This document shows, piece by piece, positions 8,526 through 18,450 of a stretch of 64,000 nucleotides of DNA. The stretch comes from a bacterium (lineage in GTDB: Bacteria; Patescibacteriota; Patescibacteriia; Patescibacteriales; XYC2-FULL-47-12). The stretch's first letter is position 1. Every line of letters begins with the position of its first letter. The position numbers and the translations under genes were made by a program. The stretch is from assembly GCA_030698385.1 (NCBI GenBank), contig JAUYLZ010000022.1, positions 1,301-65,300 of the forward strand. The letters are read 5' to 3'. Below the pieces are notes generated by a model that worked only from the letters and a program-made list of their open reading frames with translations, ran no database searches and had not been told where the DNA came from.

Positions 8526-9809
8526 CTATTTTTCTATCTCAATTTTGATATGATCAACCAGCGCCGGAACTTTGGTAATCCAACTGGGCGTAAACTCGAT
8601 ATCGTAGCCGGCGACTTCTCGCAGTGATGATAAATAATCATCCAGCTGCTCGCGAGTTAAGCCAACTAGCCTCTCCGGGTCAATGCTATCCGTTCCTTCT
8701 TTAAGAACCATTTGAGCCACCACCTCAACTTTTATATCGGCTGTTTTTTTGTCCAAATCATAATTTTCTACGCTATAGACGAAGTTGTCTTTTTCAAAAC
8801 TCTCCAGCTCTTTGTCATCCGGCAAGCTCTCGGTAATTTTTTGTAAAGCCAGATTAGCCACGTCAGTTGAATTAAAAGCAATAATCGCCGCGTCCGCCAT
8901 CGCCACAATACTGAATTGATCTATTTTTTCCCCAACTTCTGCGTCAATGCTATAAACAATTTTTTTGTCATCTAGTTCAAAAATAATACTGTCATAGGCT
9001 TTATATTTACTACCCTCGGACATTTGTTTAACTTGGTCAGCCAGTTTTTTTTCCAGAGTCTGTTTAGCTTTTTCAATATCTTGGCTCGTGACCAGCGCGT
9101 CGCCGATCTCTTCGTAAACGAACTTCTGCAAACTCTCCGCGTAAATTAGCTCCTGCGCGCTCGCGGATAATCCGGGGATAGTAAACTTCGTCGGGGCAAT
9201 GGCCATTTCCGGACCGTCTTGGTCCGCGTAGATTTCAACGTCTTCAACTTCACCGCCGGCCGGTACGCGCACTGTTTCATTCAGGTGAAAAAGCTTGTTA
9301 TCAGGAGAAAGCAGACGCGTGGTTTTTATCAGCGGTTGATCGCTGCGCGAGGTATTTTTTATATTTACATAACCAACAATTTTCGCGTCAACCACATTTT
9401 TACCGGATGCTTGAAACTTATCATTAGCGCTTAGAGATACTTTGTCTACAATGCCGGCAATACTCATGCTATTGGCGGCGTTAGCGACAGATGAATCAAC
9501 AATGCCGGCTACAAAACTTGTTCCTGTTCCTTCTTTGATTGGCACAATTGTTATCTTCACGCTGACAATCGAAAAATAAACTACTACCGCCACCAAAAGC
9601 AGAGTCAAAATTATGAAACTGGCCGCGATTTTTTTGTATATGCTAATTGGATGTGATTTTGACATATGGGATTTTTTTTCCTTTTTGTCATTTTTATTAA
9701 ACTTTTTGGCTGGCGCATCTGCCGCTAACTCCTCGTTTAGAAACGTTTCTTTGAAATTAACAGATTCATTTGTGCCGTCCTTGCGCCTAATTAATTTTTT
9801 CCTTGGCAT
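8526..9809 (-). CDS. Hypothetical N-terminally anchored extracytoplasmic protein
   Basis: Basic N-terminus, a single TM helix (IAASFIILTLLLVAVVVYFSIV) and a large beta-rich ectodomain. Confidence 0.5.
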   Translation of the reverse strand: MPRKKLIRRKDGTNESVNFKETFLNEELAADAPAKKFNKNDKKEKKSHMSKSHPISIYKKIAASFIILTLLLVAVVVYFSIVSVKITIVPIKEGTGTSFVAGIVDSSVANAANSMSIAGIVDKVSLSANDKFQASGKNVVDAKIVGYVNIKNTSRSDQPLIKTTRLLSPDNKLFHLNETVRVPAGGEVEDVEIYADQDGPEMAIAPTKFTIPGLSASAQELIYAESLQKFVYEEIGDALVTSQDIEKAKQTLEKKLADQVKQMSEGSKYKAYDSIIFELDDKKIVYSIDAEVGEKIDQFSIVAMADAAIIAFNSTDVANLALQKITESLPDDKELESFEKDNFVYSVENYDLDKKTADIKVEVVAQMVLKEGTDSIDPERLVGLTREQLDDYLSSLREVAGYDIEFTPSWITKVPALVDHIKIEIEK

Positions 9810-10000
9810 AGTGTAAAAATGTCATCGTGAAAAGTTATATCCAAGGCATGGGGCGGGCAGAACTTAATAATCACAATAACTTAAAAAATAGTTAAACATC
9901 TACTATCATCCTAGCAAATAATCATTTTTTTGTCTAAGGGTTGACTAATTACTTATTTAATGTTTTTAATTTATTATAGTAGTTCAAAACCATTAGATCT

Positions 10001-13000
10001 TCATTTTACTGCATCCGGCCCCAAAAGCGATATCAGTTTATTTTTTAATAAATCATTATTATCAACCTTGAAACCGGTTTTCACAACCTTCCAGCCATCG
10101 CCATTTTTTAAATAAAAATATACCGGACTGGCGCCTTTATATTCTGACAAAAAATTTTTTATCCGCACTAAATTATCTTGATCATTAATGTCGGAAATTT
10201 TTAATTTAAGCGGCACTGGCGCCGCGCTCGCCAAATCTCCATCATATCCGTTATTAGACGAAAATTTTGAATAACCATTGCCATTGCCATTTTTTTGCCA
10301 GCGACCGTTTTTATCTTTATTTTTTATGACAAAATTTTTGGCCGCCGCTGCGGCGTTTTCCAAAGTGATTTGTTCGGCGGCAATACACACAACCTTTAAT
10401 TCATTATCTTTGGTGGAAATGCGTCCGCGGCAGATTACAACCTTGCCCTCCTGCCAAATTTCGCTGTTTTTTTTCAGCAATGAAGGAAAAACAATTGCCT
10501 CAATATAGGCTGTTTTATTTTCCAGACGGACAAAAAGCATAGACTCATTTTTTTTGGTAACAATTTTTTTCACACTGCCGACGACACCGGCAATATTGTA
10601 AAACTCCTCCGAGTCTGAACTGGTGATATTAACAATCGGCTTCACCTGATCTTTGATAATTTTGTCATACTCGTTAAACGGATGATCGGAAATATAAAGG
10701 CCGAGCAGCTCTTTTTCCCAGATTAATATTAGTTGCTTATCCGCTGCCGGCGCCTCCTTAATGCTGATGGTTGAGGCGATTTCTAATTCCGGCACAGTGG
10801 AAAAAAGGCTGTCCTGCCCGCGCTCTTGAGCCTGAGTTATTGTCCGGCTATATTCAAGCATTTTTTCCAAGTTTGCCAAAAGCTGGCCGCGCTCAGCCAT
10901 GGAATCAAAAGCGCCGACTTTTATCATGCTCTCCAGCGATTTTTTGTTCAGGTCCTTATCCTGCACACGGTTGAGAAAATCAGGAATATCTTTATACGGA
11001 CCGCCTTCCTTTCGCTCTTTTATTATCACCTCAGTTATATGAGCGCCGACATTTTTTATCGCCCGCAAACCGAAGCGTATGGTTTTTGAGGCTTCCGCGC
11101 TGACTTCATTTTTGGCCGTGCCGCTGGTAATTACCGCGAAATCAGCATATGACTCGTTTATATCCGGCGGCAGCACTTCAATACCCATATTATTACACTC
11201 TTCAATCATCACCGGCACACGGTCAATATCTTCCTGATCGGCCGTCATTAACGCGGCCATGAATTCAGTCGAATAATTAGCTTTTAGGTAAGCTGTTTGA
11301 TAGCCGATTAAAGCGTAACAGGCGGCATGAGCGCGATTGAATCCATAACCGGCAAATGGTTCAATAAACGCAAATATTTCTTCAGCTAATTCCGAACTAA
11401 TGCTATTTTTCACACAACCCTCAACAAACTTTATTTTTTGTTCACCCAAAAGCTTGGCGATTTTTTTTCCGACCGCTTTTCGCAACACATCAGCCTCACC
11501 CATGGTAAAACCCGCCAAATCGCGCGCCATCTGCATAACTTGCTCCTGATAAATCGCGACTCCATAAGTTTTTTTCAAAATCGGCTCCAGCTTTGGATGA
11601 AGATATTTTGGTTTTATACGTCCATGTTTGCCATTAATATAATCAGGAATCCACTCCATTGGACCGGGACGGTACAAAGCGACCATAGCGATAACATCTT
11701 CAAACTCGGTCGGCAGAAGCTCTTTTAAATACCGCTTCATGCCAGCGGACTCAAACTGGAATACGCCGGTTGAGTCGCCTCTTTGCAATAGTTCATAAGT
11801 ATTTTGATCATTAGTCGGCAGCGCGTCAACATCTATTTCAATGCCACGCGTTTTTTTGATAATTTTTAACGCAGATTCAATAATGGTTAAATTCTTCAGC
11901 CCCAAAAAATCCATCTTGAGCAATCCCAAATCTTCAACCGGATGCAGTGAATATTGCGATACGGCAAAGTTATCATCGCTGGAAGAAACAATTTGCACCG
12001 GCGCGTATTCTGTAACCGACTCCTTGGTAATCAAAACTCCGCAGGCATGCACGGAAGCATGCCGGATGACATTTTCTATTTTTTTGGCAGTATCGACGAT
12101 TTCACGCACTCCGGCTTCTGCCTCGTACAGAGCCTTAAGATCGGGGGTTTTTAATGCTTGCTCAATTGTTGAAAACATTGGGATTGCTTTGGAAATTTTA
12201 TCACAATACTCATAAGGATAATCCAAAACCCGCCCGACATCGCGCACCGCCGCCCGTGCCGCCATGGTCGCGAAGGTGATTATTTGCGCGACATGGTCTT
12301 TGCCGTATTTTTCCTCAACATAACGAATTACTTCATCACGCCGAATATCGGCAAAATCAAGATCAATATCAGGCATGGAGATTCTCTCCGGATTCAAAAA
12401 TCTTTCAAAAACCAGATCATAGTAAATCGGATCAAGATTGGTAATACCTAACAGATAAGAGACAAACGAGCCGGCCGCGCTGCCGCGTCCCGGACCGACA
12501 ACGATGCCATTTTCCTTTGCCCAATTGACAAAATCAGCAACAATTAAAAAATATGACGGATAACCCATCTTTTCAATAACCGTCAACTCATAATCAAGGC
12601 GCTCCCGAGCCTCATCACCTAATTCATCATAAGTTTTCCCATACCTGGTTTTTAGCCCTTCTTTGCATAAAACTTCAAGATAATCATTCTCGCTCTGATT
12701 ATTTGGCACGGCAAAATAAGGCAGCTGATACTCACCAAAGGTAATTTCAACATTGCACGCCTCGGCAATTTTACCTGTATTGGCAATCGCTTCAGGCGTG
12801 TCGCTAAAATCTGTCAGCATCTGCGCGGCCGAACGAACTGAATAATCCTCGCCCATCATGGTCAGGCGCGACACTTCTTTTTTCTTTCTTTTTGTCTGTA
12901 GGCACAAAAGCACGTCTTGTCCATCAGCATCATCGCTATTTAAGTAATGCGCGTCGTTGGTCGCGACCAATGGCGCGTTAAACTCTTTGCTTAACTTTTT

Positions 13001-13573
13001 TAAGGCATTATTAACATAGTCCTGTCCGCGCAAATTTGGGTGGTGCTGAACTTCCAGATAAAAATTTTCCTCGCCAAACAACTCTTGATAAAACTTGATT
13101 TTATCTTTCGCTTTTTCTTCCTGTCCGGATAGTATCAAAGTCGGTATTTCGCCGTTTAAACAGGCGCTCAGCCCAATTAAGCCTTCATGATGCTCGCGTA
13201 ATAACTCATCATCAACGCGCGGTTTGTAATAATATCCTTCCAGATGCGCCTTGCTCACCAATTGGATTAAATTATGATAACCGATATTATTCTTCGCGAG
13301 CAATAATAAGTGGTATCTTTTTTCGTCAACTTTGGCGCGCTTATTATGCCGGCCGTTGGGCGCCAGATACATCTCACAACCAATGATAGGCTTAATACCT
13401 TCTTTGAGGCAGGCTTGATAAAACTCAATCACGCCATACATAACCCCGTGGTCGGTAATGGCGACCGCCTCGCCGCCGTCTTCTTTTATTTTTTTTACCA
13501 AATCTTTGGGCTTAATCAAACCATCAAGCAAAGAGTAATGGGTATGTAAATGTAGATGTGTAAACTTTGACAT
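10001..13573 (-). CDS. dnaE: DNA polymerase III alpha subunit
   Basis: PHP domain HLHLHTHYSLLDG, PDIDLDF palm motif, OB-fold C-terminus, 1190 aa. Confidence 0.95.
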   Translation of the reverse strand: MSKFTHLHLHTHYSLLDGLIKPKDLVKKIKEDGGEAVAITDHGVMYGVIEFYQACLKEGIKPIIGCEMYLAPNGRHNKRAKVDEKRYHLLLLAKNNIGYHNLIQLVSKAHLEGYYYKPRVDDELLREHHEGLIGLSACLNGEIPTLILSGQEEKAKDKIKFYQELFGEENFYLEVQHHPNLRGQDYVNNALKKLSKEFNAPLVATNDAHYLNSDDADGQDVLLCLQTKRKKKEVSRLTMMGEDYSVRSAAQMLTDFSDTPEAIANTGKIAEACNVEITFGEYQLPYFAVPNNQSENDYLEVLCKEGLKTRYGKTYDELGDEARERLDYELTVIEKMGYPSYFLIVADFVNWAKENGIVVGPGRGSAAGSFVSYLLGITNLDPIYYDLVFERFLNPERISMPDIDLDFADIRRDEVIRYVEEKYGKDHVAQIITFATMAARAAVRDVGRVLDYPYEYCDKISKAIPMFSTIEQALKTPDLKALYEAEAGVREIVDTAKKIENVIRHASVHACGVLITKESVTEYAPVQIVSSSDDNFAVSQYSLHPVEDLGLLKMDFLGLKNLTIIESALKIIKKTRGIEIDVDALPTNDQNTYELLQRGDSTGVFQFESAGMKRYLKELLPTEFEDVIAMVALYRPGPMEWIPDYINGKHGRIKPKYLHPKLEPILKKTYGVAIYQEQVMQMARDLAGFTMGEADVLRKAVGKKIAKLLGEQKIKFVEGCVKNSISSELAEEIFAFIEPFAGYGFNRAHAACYALIGYQTAYLKANYSTEFMAALMTADQEDIDRVPVMIEECNNMGIEVLPPDINESYADFAVITSGTAKNEVSAEASKTIRFGLRAIKNVGAHITEVIIKERKEGGPYKDIPDFLNRVQDKDLNKKSLESMIKVGAFDSMAERGQLLANLEKMLEYSRTITQAQERGQDSLFSTVPELEIASTISIKEAPAADKQLILIWEKELLGLYISDHPFNEYDKIIKDQVKPIVNITSSDSEEFYNIAGVVGSVKKIVTKKNESMLFVRLENKTAYIEAIVFPSLLKKNSEIWQEGKVVICRGRISTKDNELKVVCIAAEQITLENAAAAAKNFVIKNKDKNGRWQKNGNGNGYSKFSSNNGYDGDLASAAPVPLKLKISDINDQDNLVRIKNFLSEYKGASPVYFYLKNGDGWKVVKTGFKVDNNDLLKNKLISLLGPDAVK

Positions 13574-13657
13574 AGTCTTATGACTTTATAAACTGTCTTA
13601 TCCTATAAGTTAAATCTGCTATAAAAATTTAAGGTAAAATAATAAAACGAGGGATAA

Positions 13658-13680
13658 TTACATCCTCCGCCTCCTTGTTT
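13658..13680 (-). promoter_or_regulatory. Start-stop minimal ORF: AAGGAGGCGGAGG-ATG-TAA in the dnaE upstream region
   Basis: The minus strand reads aaacAAGGAGGcGGAGGATGTAAtta, about 85 nt upstream of the dnaE ATG. Confidence 0.3.
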
Positions 13681-13793
13681 TTTGATTTGATACTACTATT
13701 TATTATACATTCAAACTCATCACTAAGCAAATAAAAAAATCACTTAAGTATTGCCTTAAGCGATTAGTACTTTTTTTTAATAATTAAAAACTT

Positions 13794-14084
13794 TTATTTT
13801 TTCTTTTTCTTCTCATTACCGGAATGCTCTTTGACAAGTTCCATCACCTTTTTCGCTCCTTCGGCAAAAACCGAAAGGTAGGCGGCGCTATGCTCAATTT
13901 TTTCCTTGGTTGCCTTGATGGTTTCATTAATATTTTTAATAATTTCCTCAATACCTTTAATCATGTTTGAAGAGCGTCTGATTATTTGGACAATATAAAA
14001 TATTCCCCAGCAGAAAAAAATTGTAAACAGCCCAACGCAGGCCGAAATTGTTATCCAAAAAATATCTTGTGATGTGGCTATCAT
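13794..14084 (-). CDS. Small membrane-anchored hypothetical protein
   Basis: One N-terminal TM helix followed by a charged helical tail ending in K-rich sequence. Confidence 0.4.
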   Translation of the reverse strand: MIATSQDIFWITISACVGLFTIFFCWGIFYIVQIIRRSSNMIKGIEEIIKNINETIKATKEKIEHSAAYLSVFAEGAKKVMELVKEHSGNEKKKKK

Positions 14085-14100
14085 AAAAAAATTATAAAAA

Positions 14101-14418
14101 TTAATCTAAGTCTATTTTTATGCCGCCGACAAATCTAATTTTGACGGCATAGTTATAAAGACGGGCAAAAATATAACCGGTAATATACCCGACAAAAGCG
14201 CCGACCAAGGCGCTGATTAAACCGACCAAGCAACCGACAACCAGGTATAGAATTGAAGCGGTGATGAATTCTCCAACGCCGGCGTAACCTTCAAAAAAAT
14301 AAACATTAATAATATTTGCCACCGCTAAAGCAATACCATAAAAAAAACCGATTATCGCTGTAAAAAAAGCGTATAAATTTGCCACTGATTTTGGATCAAT
14401 TTTTTTTATTGTTCTCAT
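14101..14418 (-). CDS. Small multi-pass membrane hypothetical protein
   Basis: Three predicted hydrophobic helices rich in Gly/Ala/Ile. AAAGGAGGCAT precedes the start. Confidence 0.45.
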   Translation of the reverse strand: MRTIKKIDPKSVANLYAFFTAIIGFFYGIALAVANIINVYFFEGYAGVGEFITASILYLVVGCLVGLISALVGAFVGYITGYIFARLYNYAVKIRFVGGIKIDLD

Positions 14419-14451
14419 ATGCCTCCTTTAACCGCTTAAAAACTTAATTAT

Positions 14452-16854
14452 TTAAAAACCGCGTAATGACGCATTAAATTTTTTATTAAGATTAACGACA
14501 ATTTTTTTCTGAACATTATCCACTTCTTCGCCGGTAAGAGTTTTTTCCTGGCTGGCAAAAGTAATATGCATGGCAATGTTTTTCTTGCCAACAGCTATTT
14601 TATCACCGATGTAGATATCAAAGACTTCCACATCCCTTATCAGCTTATTGACTTTCATGATTTCAGCTCTGATGTCATTATACAACACTTTTTCATCAAT
14701 CACAAAAGCCAGGTCGCGGATTAAATCCGGATACTTATTTTTCGGAGAATATGTCTTGGTTTTTAATAATTCAAGCATTGGGGAAATTTCCAGCTCCGCA
14801 ACCACTGCATCGGTTTTTAAGCCATTTTTCTTGGCAGTTTGTTTGTCTATGATGCGCAGACTGCCGACCGCGGCATTGTTTAAATGTAAAGTTGCTCCGC
14901 TAACACTGGTAGTAAACTGAAATTCCAAGTCAAGTTCTTTTGCCAAAAATTCAATTACTCCTTTTAATTTTTTGAAATTTTCACCAACTTCTTTTTCTGA
15001 ACGCGCATATACCAGTCCCAAAATCATTTTTTGCTTGGGAAGTTTTTCTTTTGTCTTGTTGTCCTTTCGCAGTTCTTTTTCTTCACTAATAAAAATATTG
15101 CCGATTTCAAACAGTTTTATAACTGCGAAATTTCTTTGATTGGTGACAACATTCTGTATCAGATGCGGAATTAAATTTCGCCGCAGCAATGTGTGTTCAT
15201 TGGTCAATGGATTGGCTAACTTTATATAAAAATCACTTTCTAAACCCAGTTTCTTCACTTGTGCTTCATTTACAAAAGCGTAATTATAAGTCTCGCTTAA
15301 ACCGGCTTGAACCAGAATGTCTTTAATTTTGTTGCGAAAATTAAGTTCAACATTTTTTTCCGGCGCCTCCATTTTAACCATTGGCATTTCGGACTTGATA
15401 TTATTGTAGCCATAAATGCGAGCGACCTCCTCAATAATATCTTCAGGAATAGAAATATCTTTGGTGGCCCGCCAAGTTGGAACTTTGACGATCAACTTTT
15501 TATCGCCGCTGACAGTGAAACCGAGATTTTGCAGTATTTCGGCTGCTTTATTGCTTGGTATTTGTGAACCGATTTTTTTCTGCAGCCACTCCACATCAAC
15601 TTCTATCGGTCCTTGATTGAGCTTGAATTTATGAATATCAACCAAATGGCTGACGACTCTTGCTTGCGGGCATGACTTTTTAATTAATTCAAAAATTCGC
15701 TGCAGAGCCTCAGCGCACAAATTCGGATCAAGGGATTTTTCGTAGCGCTGTGAACTCTCGGTACGCAAGCCTAATTTTTGCGATGTCTTGCGAATGGACA
15801 CTGCGTCAAAATTAGCTGATTCCAGCGTAATGCTTGTCGTAGCGCCGTCAATTTCCGAATTTCCCGCGCCCATCACGCCGGCGATGGCTACCGGCTCTTG
15901 GCCATTGGTAATTAATAACATTTCTTTAGCCAACTTTCTTTTTTCTCCATCTAAAGTAGTGATTGCTTCATTTTGTTTGGCAAGACGAATGGAAATTTTT
16001 TGACCAATTTTTTTCGTATCAAAGGCATGAGTTGGCTGGCCAATTTCAAGCATTACGTAATTAGTAATATCAACAACATTATTAATCGGACGCATACCGC
16101 AAGCGCGCAAACGATTTTGAATCTTTTCGGCAGATGGTTTTATCTCAATACCGTCAATGGTTATGGCCATATAACGAGGGCAAATTTTTTGATCTTGTAC
16201 GTCTACACTCAAGACTTTATTACTTTTAGCAACCTCAAGCGCTGACTGAGGGTAAACTTTTAGCGGTTTATCCAGCCAGACGGAAATATCCCGAGCCAGG
16301 CCGTAATGACTCCAAAGATCCGGCCGATGCGTCATGGACTTATTGTCAATATCAAATATCACATCATCCATGCCTAACGCGGTTGCCAAATTTTCTCCAA
16401 CTTTATAATCGCCTTTTAGATCAACGACTTCATCATCGCTTTTTGCCGGGAATAAGTTCTCCAGCCCAATTTCACTAGACGCGCAAATCATTCCTGAAGA
16501 CTCCTCGCCGCGAATCGTCGCTTTTCCCAGCGCAACCAAATCGCCTTGTCCGTGCCAACGAACCTGCGCTCCGATTTTTGCAAAAACGACCAGCATGCCT
16601 TCATACAAATTACCGCCGCCGCAGACGACTCGGCACTTTTCACTGCCAATATCAACCATTACCAATTTTAACTTGTCGGCATTGGGATGAGCTTCAATTT
16701 TTATAATTCTGCCTACCACGATATTTTCAAAATCCTGAGCTAAATTTTTCACTCCTTCAACCTCAACCGTATGCAATGTCAAAAGTTCTCCGAATTTCTC
16801 CGGACTTATATCTATATCAACATATTCTTTTAACCAAGCTAGGGATAGCAACAT
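14452..16854 (-). CDS. pheT: Phenylalanine-tRNA ligase beta subunit
   Basis: MLLSLAWLKEYV start, tRNA-binding domain, B3/4 and B5 domains, 800 aa, adjacent to pheS. Confidence 0.95.
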   Translation of the reverse strand: MLLSLAWLKEYVDIDISPEKFGELLTLHTVEVEGVKNLAQDFENIVVGRIIKIEAHPNADKLKLVMVDIGSEKCRVVCGGGNLYEGMLVVFAKIGAQVRWHGQGDLVALGKATIRGEESSGMICASSEIGLENLFPAKSDDEVVDLKGDYKVGENLATALGMDDVIFDIDNKSMTHRPDLWSHYGLARDISVWLDKPLKVYPQSALEVAKSNKVLSVDVQDQKICPRYMAITIDGIEIKPSAEKIQNRLRACGMRPINNVVDITNYVMLEIGQPTHAFDTKKIGQKISIRLAKQNEAITTLDGEKRKLAKEMLLITNGQEPVAIAGVMGAGNSEIDGATTSITLESANFDAVSIRKTSQKLGLRTESSQRYEKSLDPNLCAEALQRIFELIKKSCPQARVVSHLVDIHKFKLNQGPIEVDVEWLQKKIGSQIPSNKAAEILQNLGFTVSGDKKLIVKVPTWRATKDISIPEDIIEEVARIYGYNNIKSEMPMVKMEAPEKNVELNFRNKIKDILVQAGLSETYNYAFVNEAQVKKLGLESDFYIKLANPLTNEHTLLRRNLIPHLIQNVVTNQRNFAVIKLFEIGNIFISEEKELRKDNKTKEKLPKQKMILGLVYARSEKEVGENFKKLKGVIEFLAKELDLEFQFTTSVSGATLHLNNAAVGSLRIIDKQTAKKNGLKTDAVVAELEISPMLELLKTKTYSPKNKYPDLIRDLAFVIDEKVLYNDIRAEIMKVNKLIRDVEVFDIYIGDKIAVGKKNIAMHITFASQEKTLTGEEVDNVQKKIVVNLNKKFNASLRGF

Positions 16855-16860
16855 AGAAGT

Positions 16861-17907
16861 TTAAAACTGATTCAAAAAACTCATATCACCGGAATTAAAC
16901 AAACGGATATCATCAATGCCATACTTAAGCATGGCCAGACGCTCAATACCGGTGCCAAAGGCAAACCCCTGAAATTTATCCGGATCAATGCCGCCGGCGC
17001 GCAAAACATTCGGATGCACCAGTCCGGCGCCGAGCATTTCCACCCAGCCGGTTTTTTTACAGACCGAACAACCGCGTCCATTACAAAAAACACAGCTCAT
17101 CTCAACTTCCAATCCCGGTTCAACAAAGGGGAAATAGCCGGGACGCATGCGGATATTAACTTCTTTTTGGTAAAAACCGGAAAACATCTCTTTCAAAACG
17201 CCAGCCAAATTAGCCAGCGAAATACGCTCGTCAATCATCAAACCTTCAATCTGGTAAAACGTATGTTCGTGGCTGGCGTCAATATTTTCGTTGCGATAAA
17301 TTTTGCCCAAAGCTACCGCGCGCAGGGGCGCGCCGTATTTTTCCATGGCCCGTACCTGCACATTTGAGGTATGCGTGCGCATGACTAAATCATATTCGCC
17401 GGCTTTATTTTTTTGATCAATAAAAAAAGTATCTTGCATATCGCGCGCCGGATGCGTTTTTGGAATGTTAAGCGCCTCAAAGTTGTAATAATCGCTTTCC
17501 AGCTCCGGCCCTTCCAGAATTTTGAAACCCATGGATAAAAATATGCGCTCCAAATCGCGCTGAACCTGTGTCAGAGGATGAAGATGCCCGCCTTCAATTT
17601 TAACACCGGGCAAAGTCACGTCGATAAATCCATCTTTTTCGTCTATTGAGCCAAATTTATTTTTTAATTCAACTATCTTATCCATCACTTCATCGCGCAG
17701 TTGCTGGGCTTGTTGCGCCACTGCTTTTTTCTCTTTTTCCGGCAGGCTTTTTAATTCTTTAAAAACAGCGGCTAACTCGCCTTTTTTGCCAAGATATTTT
17801 TTTTCAACTTTTTCTATATCAAAAATATCAGCTATGCCAGCCAGCTGAGACAAAACTTCTTGTTTTAAATTTTGCAATTTATTTTTCATAAATATCGTGT
17901 TTTCCAA
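16861..17907 (-). CDS. pheS: Phenylalanine-tRNA ligase alpha subunit
   Basis: HPARDMQDTFF, class II motifs and the C-terminal FGTGIERLAMLKYGIDDIRLF. The start may be the second Met at 17889. Confidence 0.95.
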   Translation of the reverse strand: MENTIFMKNKLQNLKQEVLSQLAGIADIFDIEKVEKKYLGKKGELAAVFKELKSLPEKEKKAVAQQAQQLRDEVMDKIVELKNKFGSIDEKDGFIDVTLPGVKIEGGHLHPLTQVQRDLERIFLSMGFKILEGPELESDYYNFEALNIPKTHPARDMQDTFFIDQKNKAGEYDLVMRTHTSNVQVRAMEKYGAPLRAVALGKIYRNENIDASHEHTFYQIEGLMIDERISLANLAGVLKEMFSGFYQKEVNIRMRPGYFPFVEPGLEVEMSCVFCNGRGCSVCKKTGWVEMLGAGLVHPNVLRAGGIDPDKFQGFAFGTGIERLAMLKYGIDDIRLFNSGDMSFLNQF

Positions 17908-18148
17908 CCGAAAGAAAAAAAATATCCCCGCCGTCTATTCTGTCAAAAATAATTCTATAATCCATAGTAACTGATATTGACCAAGAGTTTTCCAATCTGC
18001 CGCGCAATTGATGCAAGCGCAAACTTGGGTGTAGTGGGTTATTCTTAAAAATTGTCTCTATTTTGACAACCTGCTTTTTTATATGGTTTGGTAACTTGGA
18101 AAATAGTTTAATGAATTTTTTACTATAATAAATATTCTTTACGATCAT
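17879..18148 (-). CDS. Type II toxin, RelE/ParE superfamily
   Basis: 89 aa with NPLHPSLRLHQLRGRLENSWSISV..DYRIIF. It overlaps the upstream antitoxin gene by 4 nt. Confidence 0.75.
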   Translation of the reverse strand: MIVKNIYYSKKFIKLFSKLPNHIKKQVVKIETIFKNNPLHPSLRLHQLRGRLENSWSISVTMDYRIIFDRIDGGDIFFLSVGKHDIYEK

Positions 18149-18372
18149 AAAAAATCCGCCAATGACTTTGCCTTAATAAAATTTCCTCTTTTATATTCTT
18201 TTCTAGCTTGTTCAATGTCTTTTACTAATTCGTCTTCAGTAATTATATCGTCATGAGTATTAATCAACCTGCGAATATACTGACTGACATTGTCAAAGCC
18301 ATAGCGTTTACTCTGCTCTTTCACCATTTTAATTGTTTTGTCGTCTAACGACAGACTTAAAACACTGCGCAT
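18145..18372 (-). CDS. Type II antitoxin, ribbon-helix-helix type
   Basis: 75 aa. The N-terminal SLSLDDKTIKMVKEQSKRYGFDNVSQYIRRLI matches an RHH pattern. It is coupled to the toxin gene. Confidence 0.65.
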   Translation of the reverse strand: MRSVLSLSLDDKTIKMVKEQSKRYGFDNVSQYIRRLINTHDDIITEDELVKDIEQARKEYKRGNFIKAKSLADFL

Positions 18373-18450
18373 ATTTTTTAAAATAATTTTATAATACTCA
18401 TATTGTATGACAAATGTATTACAGTGTCAAACGCCAATTGGCATTTTTTG

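Noticed and set aside
10278-13549. Multiple 66-124-aa plus-strand ORFs inside dnaE. Similar antisense ORFs lie inside pheT, the helicase gene, nrdA, tkt and zwf.
   Set aside because: All lie antisense to long, strongly conserved genes. They lack ribosome-binding sites and have no recognisable motifs.
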